Origin: a virus
Lineage: Duplodnaviria; Caudoviricetes
DNA: 37,742 nt
Strand: one strand, 5' to 3'
IMG/VR virus record: IMGVR_UViG_3300030493_000343
Span: 1-37,742 of that record
The first letter of the stretch is position 1, and each line of letters opens with the position of its first letter. A program made the position numbers and the translations under genes. Positions 17,205-26,390 of the stretch are shown one piece after another. The notes beneath the pieces were generated by a model. The model saw nothing but the letters and a program-made list of their open reading frames with translations, was not told where the DNA came from and did no database searches.

Positions 17205-17702
17205 ATGAAACCGGTAACGTTTATTTACTCGCACGATAATATCTTCCAGGGCGTAAAACAGGAAGCCTCCCATTTGGCTATACGGAAAGCAGACAAGGAC
17301 GGAAACAGTTTGTTTGAACAGATGGTCTTTGATGAAGCATATCTGCCAAAATTCCGGGAACTGTTCTTCGACGCGCAGGCCGAAGTGACTCCGGCCCTGT
17401 CTGCCTACATGAAGGAAATTCCCGTTGAACCTGAATATTTTGAAACGCAGGATTTTTCCAAGAACCGGGATTATACCTTTAGCCTGATTATGCCCGATGA
17501 CTTCAATTTTCACCTGGTTAAACCGGTTGATATCAAGATCAGGCAATTCCTGATTTCATATATCATGTATCGCTGGTTGGAAACCAAATTGCCCGGTGAC
17601 GCAGCTACCTTTTTCGAACGGGCTGGTAAGGTGCTAACTGAGGTAAAGGCTTTACTCAGTGTACGGGTTGGCCGAATACGAAGATGGACAGGATATTGGT
17701 AA
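17205..17702 (+). CDS. Putative head-tail adaptor/virion protein
   Basis: 165 aa helical protein starting 1 nt after the portal stop; position-based call. Confidence 0.5.
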   Translation: MKPVTFIYSHDNIFQGVKQEASHLAIRKADKDGNSLFEQMVFDEAYLPKFRELFFDAQAEVTPALSAYMKEIPVEPEYFETQDFSKNRDYTFSLIMPDDFNFHLVKPVDIKIRQFLISYIMYRWLETKLPGDAATFFERAGKVLTEVKALLSVRVGRIRRWTGYW

Positions 17703-17706
17703 GAAG

Positions 17707-17731
17707 AAAGCCAGGGGTTACCTGGCTTTTT
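17707..17731. terminator. Bidirectional intrinsic terminator
   Basis: AAAGCCAGG-ggtta-CCTGGCTTT between convergent operons. Confidence 0.8.
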
Positions 17732-17778
17732 ATCTTGAAGTCATTCGTTTGAGATGCTGCGGCTGTTCCGGATGATTA

Positions 17779-17958
17779 TCATTTTAGTAGTTCAATCAGT
17801 TTTCCGTTCATTCCTCCCCTACTCCTTACTTTCCTTTCCCTGGCCAGCTGGTTTAGTTCGTTTCGCCCGGGTTCTCCAAACTTGTTCAGTACCTCTACCA
17901 GGCGAAAGAACGGCCAGCCGGTTAGGGCATATTCTTTATTTAAAAATTCTTCTACCAT
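17779..17958 (-). CDS. Small protein, possible winged-helix (59 aa; missing from the ORF track)
   Basis: MVEEFLNKEYALTGWPFFRLVEVLNKFGEPGRNELNQLARERKVRSRGGMNGKLIELLK*. Overlaps the rhomboid 3' end and fills the gap to the terminator. Confidence 0.55.
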   Translation of the reverse strand: MVEEFLNKEYALTGWPFFRLVEVLNKFGEPGRNELNQLARERKVRSRGGMNGKLIELLK

Positions 17959-18463
17959 CGGGAAATCTCATTTCCTTTATTAATCGACAGCATGCGTAGA
18001 TAAATATTCCCGTCAAAAAAGACAGTGAGTGAAGGATATGATTGCTGGTTTTACTAAGAGAGCTGACGGTTAAGGCGATAACCACTGTTGTCAGGAATAT
18101 CACGTACTTTCTTAAGTTTAAAATCTTAATCCCGTTACTGAAAGCTGTTATGCCAACATACAGCCCGGTCATCATATAGATCATGCCGGAGGCGCCAACG
18201 GTTGGAAGATCATCAGCTGCAAGAAATGATAACAGAAATCCTCCGGTCAAGGAAGCTAAAATAAGGATCCATTTACTGATTAGTCGTTCCGTGGCACGGA
18301 AGATTCCCACAAAAGCCAGCGAGTTGACCATTAAGTGAATTAAACCTGCATGCTGAAACAAGTAGGTGATATGAGTATAAAATGGCGATGTGTTTGTGTA
18401 TCCCAGCTCGCTCCCAAAGAAGACATATACCAGGATAAATACAAGTACGAATACATATTTCAT
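17936..18463 (-). CDS. Rhomboid family intramembrane serine protease
   Basis: FQHAGLIHLMVN (HxxxxHxxxN), catalytic VGASG, His in the last TM (NHILHSLSFLTG); about 6 hydrophobic segments. Confidence 0.88.
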   Translation of the reverse strand: MKYVFVLVFILVYVFFGSELGYTNTSPFYTHITYLFQHAGLIHLMVNSLAFVGIFRATERLISKWILILASLTGGFLLSFLAADDLPTVGASGMIYMMTGLYVGITAFSNGIKILNLRKYVIFLTTVVIALTVSSLSKTSNHILHSLSFLTGIFIYACCRLIKEMRFPDGRRIFK

Positions 18464-18846
18464 ACAAGGCTCGGCTTTTTAAGGAGTTGATAGTACAGAT
18501 TCATGGCCCGGGGAGCTGATATGTAAAACCGCGGGGCGCTTTGTTCTGAAATGATCCTTGCTATTTGAGAAACAGCCATTTGTGGATTCTCTTTTGACAG
18601 CTCGATATGCCGGGTATAAATCTCGGTGTAAAGGTCATACTTTGCATCTAATCTTGGTCTGGCATGCCTGGCCCTTCGAATGATCACATAACAGGCACGG
18701 GCAGAAAGGTAGAATGACTTTGCGGGATGATGGATGGCCTTTTTTACAATATCAGAAACAGATATGTAAGACCCCGATTCTTTGCGTATCGACTCACATA
18801 CGTTAAAGAAATCTTCGTTTCGTTCTTCTTCGTAGAATAATCTCAT
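18460..18846 (-). CDS. Putative DNA-binding regulator with internal duplication
   Basis: ATG 18846. Repeats SVSDIVKKAIHHPAKSFYLS / AVSQIARIISEQSAPRFYIS; TAATTTTG at 18859-18852; 4-nt overlap with the rhomboid start. Confidence 0.55.
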   Translation of the reverse strand: MRLFYEEERNEDFFNVCESIRKESGSYISVSDIVKKAIHHPAKSFYLSARACYVIIRRARHARPRLDAKYDLYTEIYTRHIELSKENPQMAVSQIARIISEQSAPRFYISAPRAMNLYYQLLKKPSLV

Positions 18847-18899
18847 GTTCACAAAATTACAGGGACGCAAAGTTTTCTTTCGGGTGATGGGGGTGTTTG

Positions 18900-18931
18900 T
18901 TTTCGACATTGGAAACGGCACTTTTCGACAT
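18900..18931 (+). promoter_or_regulatory. Tandem TTTTCGACAT motifs (copies 2 and 3) in the divergent promoter region
   Basis: Exact copies at 18900-18909 and 18922-18931 (22-bp period); degenerate TTTTCGCACC at 18941. Confidence 0.6.
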
Positions 18932-19010
18932 GGGTAGCTGTTTTCGCACCAATGACTTACAAAGGAGTTGTGATTTCTTTTTTTTGCTGTGAGTAATTAA
19001 AAAATTTATC

Positions 19011-19775
19011 ATGGCTGATATTGAAAAAGAAATGACAAATGACCCCCCGAAGGGGCGTGCAGCTATCCTGGGAATGTACAAATCGGCCAACCCTGATATG
19101 CAGGATGATCCGGACGATGACAATCTTTTGGGATTTGCCCACGAACGATACTCGGACCTTGAAGGAAGGCATAAATCATTAAGCGATGCCAATACCAGGC
19201 TGGCGGACCGGATCGCCAAAGATCCGAAACTGGCTGCTGTAATTTCCATTCTTCTTGGAGATGAACCCAAATCACTTCCCTACGCTGTTGCCAATGTTTA
19301 CGGGAAAGAACCCTTCGACCTGGAAGGGGAAGCTCTTAACGACTTTGAGACGGGGTATCAGGAAAACCTGAGCCGGTTGGCTGAAAGCGAAAAATTGCAG
19401 GCTCAGGCCATGGAAAATATTGCCAAATACCAGGAACGGCTTGAAAAATACGGGAAAGACAATTCCCTGACTGAAGATCAATTGGACCAGGTACACAATG
19501 CCGTTGTGCAGATGGCTGAAAGCATCCTGATGGGAGATATTCCCGACAACCTCATTGATTTGGCCCATAAGGGACTAAGCTATGACAAAGATGTGCAGGA
19601 GGCCGCACAAACCGGGATGATTGAGGGAAAGAACCAAAAGATCGAGGCCAAAATGAAGGAGAAAACGGAAAGCGCCCCTGTTCCTGACCTGGGGAATTCC
19701 TCCGGTGCGGGGAGGAATAAACCGGGACAAATGAAAAAGAACAAAAGCTTTTTTGATGAATTAAAAGATGTTTAA
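19011..19775 (+). CDS. Putative capsid scaffolding protein
   Basis: Acidic, coiled-coil 254-aa protein directly upstream of the capsid gene. Confidence 0.65.
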   Translation: MADIEKEMTNDPPKGRAAILGMYKSANPDMQDDPDDDNLLGFAHERYSDLEGRHKSLSDANTRLADRIAKDPKLAAVISILLGDEPKSLPYAVANVYGKEPFDLEGEALNDFETGYQENLSRLAESEKLQAQAMENIAKYQERLEKYGKDNSLTEDQLDQVHNAVVQMAESILMGDIPDNLIDLAHKGLSYDKDVQEAAQTGMIEGKNQKIEAKMKEKTESAPVPDLGNSSGAGRNKPGQMKKNKSFFDELKDV

Positions 19776-19791
19776 TAATAAATTGACTAAA

Positions 19792-21153
19792 ATGAAAGAT
19801 CTGTTTAAGAAACTTAAAGACAGTGGATTGCTGTTATTTGTATTCATGCTGCTTTGCTCCTTTTTCGGAGTAAGTGACGGCGGTATGCTTACGGCCGAGG
19901 CCATTCTTCCTGCCGGTGGTGGTGCTGTTGAAACTGACGCCATGGTTACTGCAACGGAAACCAGGACCAATTCGCCGGATTTACTTCTTGATACTATTGA
20001 TAAAAAGGTTACCAAAATACGGCCTCATGACGTCGTATTGGATACGATTTCGCGGCATACCGGAGATGTTAAAACCAGCGACAACCAGACTGTGCGGCAT
20101 TACGCGATCGATGTAATTGATATGACTGCCACACTTACCGCCGCTTATGCCGGCGGTGATTCCCAGACAGCGCTGACCACATCAAATAACAAGGTCTTTG
20201 CCAGTGAGCAAACCATTATATGTTTAGGTGTTTCAGGCTATAAAGATGATCATGTTACGGTTGATCCCGACCACGATCTGATGCTGTATGTTACAGGTCA
20301 CGACGCCGCAAAGAAGCCGCTGGTTACAGCAGTCAACGGGACGGGCGCTGATGGTATGACAATACCGGCCATTGCACTGAATACCGTTTTACTTAGGGGT
20401 GGCAGGGCCGGATCTGAAACCCAGATCCAGACTGATCCTTATTCCGGAGTTCCGACAGACTTTACGCAGTACCTGCAGAAGTTCATGGCCCAGGTTGAAA
20501 TGTCTGAAATCTTTAAACGTGCAGATAAGGAGACAGACTGGGAGTTTACCGATGCAGAGGAAGAAGCTGTTTTTGATATGAAACGTGTTCAGAATGTGTC
20601 GTATTGGAAGGGCAAAAAAGGACGTATCAAGGTTACCAACAAGCACAATAAAAAGGATGAAGATGTTTACTTTACTGAAGGGATATGGACACAGGCCGGA
20701 AAAGAATTTGACTTCGACGGTACTGTGACTATCAATAAGATGGTAACGTTTATGAAGACCAGTTTTACAGGGAATGCTTCGGGGAAGAAAAAGGTATTCA
20801 TCGTCGGGAGCGATCTGCTCGAAAAGCTGGAACAGGTTGAGTATAACAGGATCGTGTATGTTGGCGAGAGGCAGAAGGCTCACGGGCTTGAATTCAGTTC
20901 TATCGTGTCAAAATTCGGGATGCTGCTTATCGCTCACGACCAATCTTTGGACGATATCGGAATGTCTGCCTGCGGGTTTGTTCTTGACGCCGACTTCCTG
21001 CGTAAATGGACAATGGGCTGGAAGGTTAACAACTTCGACTTCCGTAAATCCGGGCAGTCCGACTCTGATGGCCGGGGTCTGATTGAGCCTTGCGGATTGG
21101 TTCTTAAGAATCCGAAAGCGCACGTTCGTGTTTACTTTAACAAAGTGGCATAA
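19792..21153 (+). CDS. Major capsid protein with N-terminal hydrophobic leader
   Basis: Follows the scaffold. IDKKVTKIRP..VLDTI, TQYLQKFMAQVEMS, EEEAVFDMKR...YWKG, YFTEGIW, KFGMLLIAHD and C-terminal CGLVLKNPKAH fit HK97-fold (SU10/DUF5309-like) capsids. Alternative start at 19768. Confidence 0.8.
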   Translation: MKDLFKKLKDSGLLLFVFMLLCSFFGVSDGGMLTAEAILPAGGGAVETDAMVTATETRTNSPDLLLDTIDKKVTKIRPHDVVLDTISRHTGDVKTSDNQTVRHYAIDVIDMTATLTAAYAGGDSQTALTTSNNKVFASEQTIICLGVSGYKDDHVTVDPDHDLMLYVTGHDAAKKPLVTAVNGTGADGMTIPAIALNTVLLRGGRAGSETQIQTDPYSGVPTDFTQYLQKFMAQVEMSEIFKRADKETDWEFTDAEEEAVFDMKRVQNVSYWKGKKGRIKVTNKHNKKDEDVYFTEGIWTQAGKEFDFDGTVTINKMVTFMKTSFTGNASGKKKVFIVGSDLLEKLEQVEYNRIVYVGERQKAHGLEFSSIVSKFGMLLIAHDQSLDDIGMSACGFVLDADFLRKWTMGWKVNNFDFRKSGQSDSDGRGLIEPCGLVLKNPKAHVRVYFNKVA

Positions 21154-21548
21154 TGGCTACAAAAAGATATAGATCTTCTACGGGAGTACAGCTTGTATTT
21201 CCCATAGAAGTTGGAGGTAAAGAAATGTTTATTGAACTTATCGGACCGAGAAGTGAGTTTATCACCTCGGACGAAAAGATTCAAACAGCGCTTGAAACCA
21301 ATAAGCGTTTTAAAGCCGGATTTGTTGTCCTGGCAGAAACATTCGGAGAGGCAAAAAAAGCTGAAAAGGAAAAAACACCTGCCCCTGGAGGGACGACAGA
21401 AGTTCCTGAGATTACCAATATCCAGGAAGCAAAGGAATATTTGCGCGCAGATCCTTATAAGGTAGCTCATCAAAGCCTTAATACTCCGGATAATATTCTC
21501 AAAAAAGCCGCAGAGCTGAATATCATATTTCCAAACTTAAAAGTTTGA
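21153..21548 (+). CDS. Hypothetical head-associated phage protein
   Basis: TAATG coupling to the capsid gene; small C-terminal helical domain (EAKEYL...ILKKAAELNIIFPNL). Confidence 0.65.
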   Translation: MATKRYRSSTGVQLVFPIEVGGKEMFIELIGPRSEFITSDEKIQTALETNKRFKAGFVVLAETFGEAKKAEKEKTPAPGGTTEVPEITNIQEAKEYLRADPYKVAHQSLNTPDNILKKAAELNIIFPNLKV

Positions 21549-21568
21549 TGTTTTCTAAAACTTAACCG

Positions 21569-21607
21569 AAAAAGGCTGTTGGTACCGGGTTACCGGCAGC
21601 CTTTTTT
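21569..21607 (+). terminator. Intrinsic terminator after the capsid operon
   Basis: AAAAGGCTGTTGGTA-ccgggt-TACCGGCAGCCTTTT hairpin with T run. Confidence 0.8.
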
Positions 21608-21618
21608 CATAAAAAGAA

Positions 21619-22284
21619 ATGACAAAGGCAGACTTCATATCGCGCACAATGCAAATCATGAATGAACTGGGATGGGATGATATTTCATCCGGTGCATTTT
21701 TTAATTCGGATGCAACTAAAGTTGAGAAGCATATCGAAAGCGTATTTGTCGATGCATGGCGAAAAGCCACAGCGTTATTCCCTAAAGTCTACTTTGAATC
21801 ACGGGATTTTTCGGCAAGCAAGCTGACATATGATATCAGTACCGGGACCGGGTTCATCCTGCTGCCGGCTGACTTCTATTTGCTGTTTTCCTTTAAGATG
21901 AAAGGATGGCAAAAAAGGGTCGAAACAGCATATTTGTTTTCTGATCCGATTGCCTCTGTCCAGGCGAATGAATATACCCGTGGAAACCATATAAGGCCGG
22001 TTGTCATCCGGACAATCAAGCCCGTACTCACACGCGAAGGAGACAATTTTGTAACGAAGATGAAAGATGCGTTGGAATACTATTCTCTGCCAAAAGGCAA
22101 AGTTCATCAGGTGGAAGAGGCAATCTACATTCCGCTTATCCAACCTCTGAGCGATGAAACAATCCTGAATGAGAAACTAATTGCACCGCTTGCCTATCTG
22201 TGCGCAAGTCAGGTGTTCATCATATTTGAAAAATCCGAAATAGCTAAAGTTTTGGAGTTAAAAGCAACTGAAATAATTAGATGA
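21619..22284 (+). CDS. Putative virion structural (tail adaptor-like) protein
   Basis: 221 aa between the head and tailspike genes; GFILLPADFYLL pattern; position-based call. Confidence 0.5.
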   Translation: MTKADFISRTMQIMNELGWDDISSGAFFNSDATKVEKHIESVFVDAWRKATALFPKVYFESRDFSASKLTYDISTGTGFILLPADFYLLFSFKMKGWQKRVETAYLFSDPIASVQANEYTRGNHIRPVVIRTIKPVLTREGDNFVTKMKDALEYYSLPKGKVHQVEEAIYIPLIQPLSDETILNEKLIAPLAYLCASQVFIIFEKSEIAKVLELKATEIIR

Positions 22285-22285
22285 T

Positions 22286-25200
22286 ATGACCGATACGACT
22301 ATAGGATATGATTTGGCAAAAGCCCTTAATAATATACCTGTTTTAAGGTACCTGAAAGATCCTGTTACAACCATTGAAGAATTGTGGCTAAAATATCCAC
22401 AGGGCGGCGAATACGGGTGGTATGCCTTTGTAGTATCGAAACAAACATTTGTTTGGTGGAATACAGAGGAAAGCGATTGGGAATTTTTATCCAAAGGAGA
22501 CCTTCAAACAATGCTTGGCGTTGACCCATCCTTGCTGGCAGAGGGTGATACGCCTGTATGGGACGGAGCCGCGTTCGTTGTAAGAAAATTGTCAGATAGT
22601 GTCAATTTAGAGACTAAATCTAACCTAACAATAGGGTTGAAAGATAGTAACTATAATGGCTTTATCTGCGACTCTTTATCAAAACTAAAAACACTTATTG
22701 CGGCTAATGTAAAAGGGAAATATGTCATCAATTCCGATATAGATTTGGACGAAGATATTGTTATCCCTCCAGAAACCACGCTTGAATTTAGACAATCCGG
22801 AATATATCCGCAAGGACACAAAATAACATTTCAGAACACAAATATCATTGCAGATAACCATATTTTCAAGGGATTATTAGGGACTATAAATGAGGAAAAT
22901 TTAGGAAACGAGTACTCGATAAATTCTCCTTTTTTTCCAAGTTTTACGTTTGCTGGTAAACTTGCAAATGACCAAATACAGGCATCTTGGTTTGGAGCTA
23001 AAGGAGATGGCGTGATTACGGATAATATACTTCAAACCGGTTATACGGATAATACTCTTGCTTTATACGCAGCTTTTTATGCTTCGCAAATGTTTGGGGG
23101 TAAGATCGTAAAACTTGATGATGGGGTATTTGTTGTTGATTATCGGATTCATGTAAATCATTCTCATACTGGTATAGTTGGGAACGGATTTAAGACGATG
23201 CTAATGGATGGGTACAATAACCTCATGTCTCCTGATGTGATCCAGTTCGGGACAACTACTTACATTAATGAGGTTTGGGATCCTTCCAAATGGCCAACCA
23301 AAACACTCGATGGAAGCAGGGATTTAACCGCTGACGAATTATCCAGAATTAATATTGAGGACATCACAATTAGGAACATTAAGTTCTCTAATCTGACGGG
23401 GTATAATGACCTTAAGTCACCTGATTATGGAGGTAATCTTGAAAAATATACGGCGTACAGTAACAGGTGGTATGCAAATACAAACAGAAGAAACCACGCC
23501 ATTGGGATCCGGAGCTGTAAAAATATCAAAATCAAAGATATTTATTTATGGAAGGTTATAAATGTCGGGATTGAGATAAGGGACTGTTACAATGTTACAT
23601 TTCAGAATTCTTTCTTTTCCTATATGCGTTCTCTGAAATATGCAGCAGGAGGTGGATTACACGGAGGAAATATGATTGATATTATGCCTCCCCCAACCGG
23701 AACCATTCCTTTTGAGTACACGGATAATTTTGATTTGGGGCATATTCTTCTTGACAATCTGCATGTGATAGGTTCCGAACTGAATCTGAATGCCGCCTCA
23801 CAAAAAATGTTTATCCCTGCTGTTTATGGCGATCAGGTTAATGAATGCAATGTAGGAATCCAGGCCAGTACAGGATTAAGCACAGGTACGTATTACAACA
23901 TCAAGAATGATCACAATTACTCTGTTATCATTACGAATTGCTCTATCCGGTTTGCAAAAAACGGGATTATGCTTGAAGGGCTAAGCTATAATGGGTCTTC
24001 CGGTAGTATTTTGGACTGTACCGTTATGGATTGCCTCAGGGGAGTTTGGTTGCACCCGGCGACTTTGAGTATTTCGCAGAATTACGGGGTTAGGTCAAAG
24101 AATATCATTATCAAAGGCAATCTTTTTAAGCGAATAGTTGAAAGAGGCATAACTGGTTCTGTCAGCTATGCCAATATTTCGGATAACATTTTTGATGAAT
24201 TCGCGATCCTTCCCGATGATGCGCTTCTAAGTGGATTGTCGGATATAAGAAGGGTGGGAATTGAGCTTCGTGCCCCTGATTTCCAGGGTCTGTATAATAC
24301 ATACAACGTTCAGGAATTTGGAAACATTGTAATCAAAAACAATATTTTCCGCAAAATCGACTATTTGATTGATGATGCTGATGGGAATACGGTTAACAAA
24401 GCTGCCAAGTTCATTTATATCCAGGGGTATGAATCCGGGACCAATAAGTACCGGAATATTCAAATAGAGGGAAACATTCTTGAATCGAACAATATCAGGC
24501 TCAGTACAAGTATCTCGATGGGGGTAATATATATAACTGGCGGAGTAAGCAATGTTACGATAAAAAATAACATTCTTCACAATTTGGCGAATCATGGTAT
24601 TTTTGTTTTAAATGACGGAGACTTCAGACCAGAGGATATCTATATTGAAGGCAATTCGTTCAGAAATTTAAGTTTTAGTGGTTTAAAACATAATGCCGTT
24701 TACCTGCGCGCATGTGGAGATAACATCAATGTAATCAATAATGATATTCACGATTGTCAGTATATAGCAAGGGTTGAAGCCAGTTCTACGAGTTTTGGAA
24801 ACATGGTGATCCGCGATAACCGGTGGGAAAACCTTGATCTTGCAGATGGTCATTCCATCGAATTAACCGGATACACAATAACTCGCCATAAATTTGCATT
24901 TGAACGAAACTACGGAAGGAATTTCAGTTCCATGGGAATTGATTCATTACCGGCAACGCTTTTCGTTAGAGGGGAAAAGATTGAAAATATTTCTACTGAG
25001 AGTGCTTTAAATAATATCAGTTACTACAGGAATATAAATGCCGGGACACCCGGTACGTGGATTACTCACAGAAGTTCCAATTTAAGCTCTGGCGCTACCG
25101 CTGACAGACCCATTCTTACTGCTGATGATAGGGGTACAAAGTACTTCGATACAACATTAAACATTACAATAATCTGGAATGGATCAAGGTGGAACAAAGC

Positions 25201-25390
25201 AGACGGGTCACAAGCCGATACTTTAACGGCCGGAACATTCGCTGAAAAACCGGTGGCTTCAAATATTTATTTAGGATATAAATACTTCTGCTCGGATAAA
25301 CAAACAATAGAAGGTGCTACGGACGGGATAGAAATAAACCATAAAGGATCCGACGTATGGGTAGATGCTTTAGGAAGAATTGTGAGTTAA
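22286..25390 (+). CDS. Tailspike / polysaccharide depolymerase (right-handed beta-helix)
   Basis: WFGAKGDG...DNTLAL (pectate-lyase-3-like start), many IxIxxNxF repeats, C-terminal GATADRP...YFDTTL...WNGSRW module. Confidence 0.8.
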   Translation: MTDTTIGYDLAKALNNIPVLRYLKDPVTTIEELWLKYPQGGEYGWYAFVVSKQTFVWWNTEESDWEFLSKGDLQTMLGVDPSLLAEGDTPVWDGAAFVVRKLSDSVNLETKSNLTIGLKDSNYNGFICDSLSKLKTLIAANVKGKYVINSDIDLDEDIVIPPETTLEFRQSGIYPQGHKITFQNTNIIADNHIFKGLLGTINEENLGNEYSINSPFFPSFTFAGKLANDQIQASWFGAKGDGVITDNILQTGYTDNTLALYAAFYASQMFGGKIVKLDDGVFVVDYRIHVNHSHTGIVGNGFKTMLMDGYNNLMSPDVIQFGTTTYINEVWDPSKWPTKTLDGSRDLTADELSRINIEDITIRNIKFSNLTGYNDLKSPDYGGNLEKYTAYSNRWYANTNRRNHAIGIRSCKNIKIKDIYLWKVINVGIEIRDCYNVTFQNSFFSYMRSLKYAAGGGLHGGNMIDIMPPPTGTIPFEYTDNFDLGHILLDNLHVIGSELNLNAASQKMFIPAVYGDQVNECNVGIQASTGLSTGTYYNIKNDHNYSVIITNCSIRFAKNGIMLEGLSYNGSSGSILDCTVMDCLRGVWLHPATLSISQNYGVRSKNIIIKGNLFKRIVERGITGSVSYANISDNIFDEFAILPDDALLSGLSDIRRVGIELRAPDFQGLYNTYNVQEFGNIVIKNNIFRKIDYLIDDADGNTVNKAAKFIYIQGYESGTNKYRNIQIEGNILESNNIRLSTSISMGVIYITGGVSNVTIKNNILHNLANHGIFVLNDGDFRPEDIYIEGNSFRNLSFSGLKHNAVYLRACGDNINVINNDIHDCQYIARVEASSTSFGNMVIRDNRWENLDLADGHSIELTGYTITRHKFAFERNYGRNFSSMGIDSLPATLFVRGEKIENISTESALNNISYYRNINAGTPGTWITHRSSNLSSGATADRPILTADDRGTKYFDTTLNITIIWNGSRWNKADGSQADTLTAGTFAEKPVASNIYLGYKYFCSDKQTIEGATDGIEINHKGSDVWVDALGRIVS

Positions 25391-25417
25391 CTGAGCTAAA
25401 ATAAAAACTCAAAAAAG

Positions 25418-25873
25418 ATGAAAGCTATGATTATTGTTATATGGATTGCCTTCGCCATGTACGCCCTGGTCTTTTTAGCGGTTATGGCAGACTTATGGTC
25501 CGGCGTTAGAAAAGCCAGGATTTTAGGCAAAGCCAGAACCTCATACGGATTAAGAAGGACAGTGGAAAAGATGGTTAAATACTATAATCTTCTTCTGATC
25601 CTGTCAATCATTGACTGTATGCAGATTGTCTGCATCTGGTACCTGGACACCTATTACGGGTTTACAATCCCGCTGATCCCCATTATAACTATTGTGGGCG
25701 CCATTGGTGTCGGGCTTATCGAGCTTAAATCGATCTATGAAAAGGCGGATGACAAGGAACTCCGGAAAATTACCGAACTCACCGGGAGCATTATCTCCAA
25801 TAAGGATGACCTGAAAAAGGTTACTGCATCTATTATCGATTACCTGAAAAACGAGAACAATGAAACTGTCTGA
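25418..25873 (+). CDS. Holin (phage holin 4-like)
   Basis: TM segments, ADLWSGVRKA...TSYGLRRTVEK...IELKSIYEK; overlaps the lysozyme start. Confidence 0.85.
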   Translation: MKAMIIVIWIAFAMYALVFLAVMADLWSGVRKARILGKARTSYGLRRTVEKMVKYYNLLLILSIIDCMQIVCIWYLDTYYGFTIPLIPIITIVGAIGVGLIELKSIYEKADDKELRKITELTGSIISNKDDLKKVTASIIDYLKNENNETV

Positions 25874-26390
25874 GAAAGGCCTTGAATTCCTGAAATGTTA
25901 CGAAACCCTCCATGACGGAGATCTTAGTATGATCGGATTGCAACCCAAACCTGACGCCGCGGGTATCTGGACGGAAGGGTACGGGCATGCAATGGTTCTG
26001 AACGGTAAGTTTCTGGACATAAAGAAATATCCGACTCTGTCCGGCGTTCTGCCGTTTGCGAAAGTTAGGACCGAAAAAGAAGCGGAAGGGTTATTAAAAA
26101 AGGATGTTGCTGTCAGGGAGGCACAGGTTAACAGCTGGCTGAAAGTAACACTGGAACAAAACCAGTTTGACGCTCTCCTGCTCCATACCTTCAACTGCGG
26201 GAAAAGCGATACCCTTTACAGGCTGATCAACGCCAAAGCCGATGAGAAGGCGCTCAAGGATTGGTGGATTAACCATTATACGACAGCTTCCCAAAAGGAG
26301 TTGAAGGGGCTGAAACTTCGCCGGTTGGACGAGTGGGAAGCATGGGCCTGCGGCGATTATCTCAGGGGATATAATCTTAGGGCAGCATGA
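25860..26390 (+). CDS. Endolysin, GH24 lysozyme
   Basis: SEKGLEFLKCYE...DAAGIWTEGYGH, LEQNQFDALL..FNCG, LKGLKLRRLDE. Confidence 0.9.
   Translation: MKLSEKGLEFLKCYETLHDGDLSMIGLQPKPDAAGIWTEGYGHAMVLNGKFLDIKKYPTLSGVLPFAKVRTEKEAEGLLKKDVAVREAQVNSWLKVTLEQNQFDALLLHTFNCGKSDTLYRLINAKADEKALKDWWINHYTTASQKELKGLKLRRLDEWEAWACGDYLRGYNLRAA

Noticed and set aside
18847-18921. Longer start for the regulator ORF
   Set aside because: It would run through the -7 element and a TTTTCGACAT site; ATG 18846 is preferred.
19846-19860. Possible lipobox (MLLC) in the capsid leader
   Set aside because: The -1 residue is Leu rather than G/A/S, and hydrophobicity continues past the Cys.
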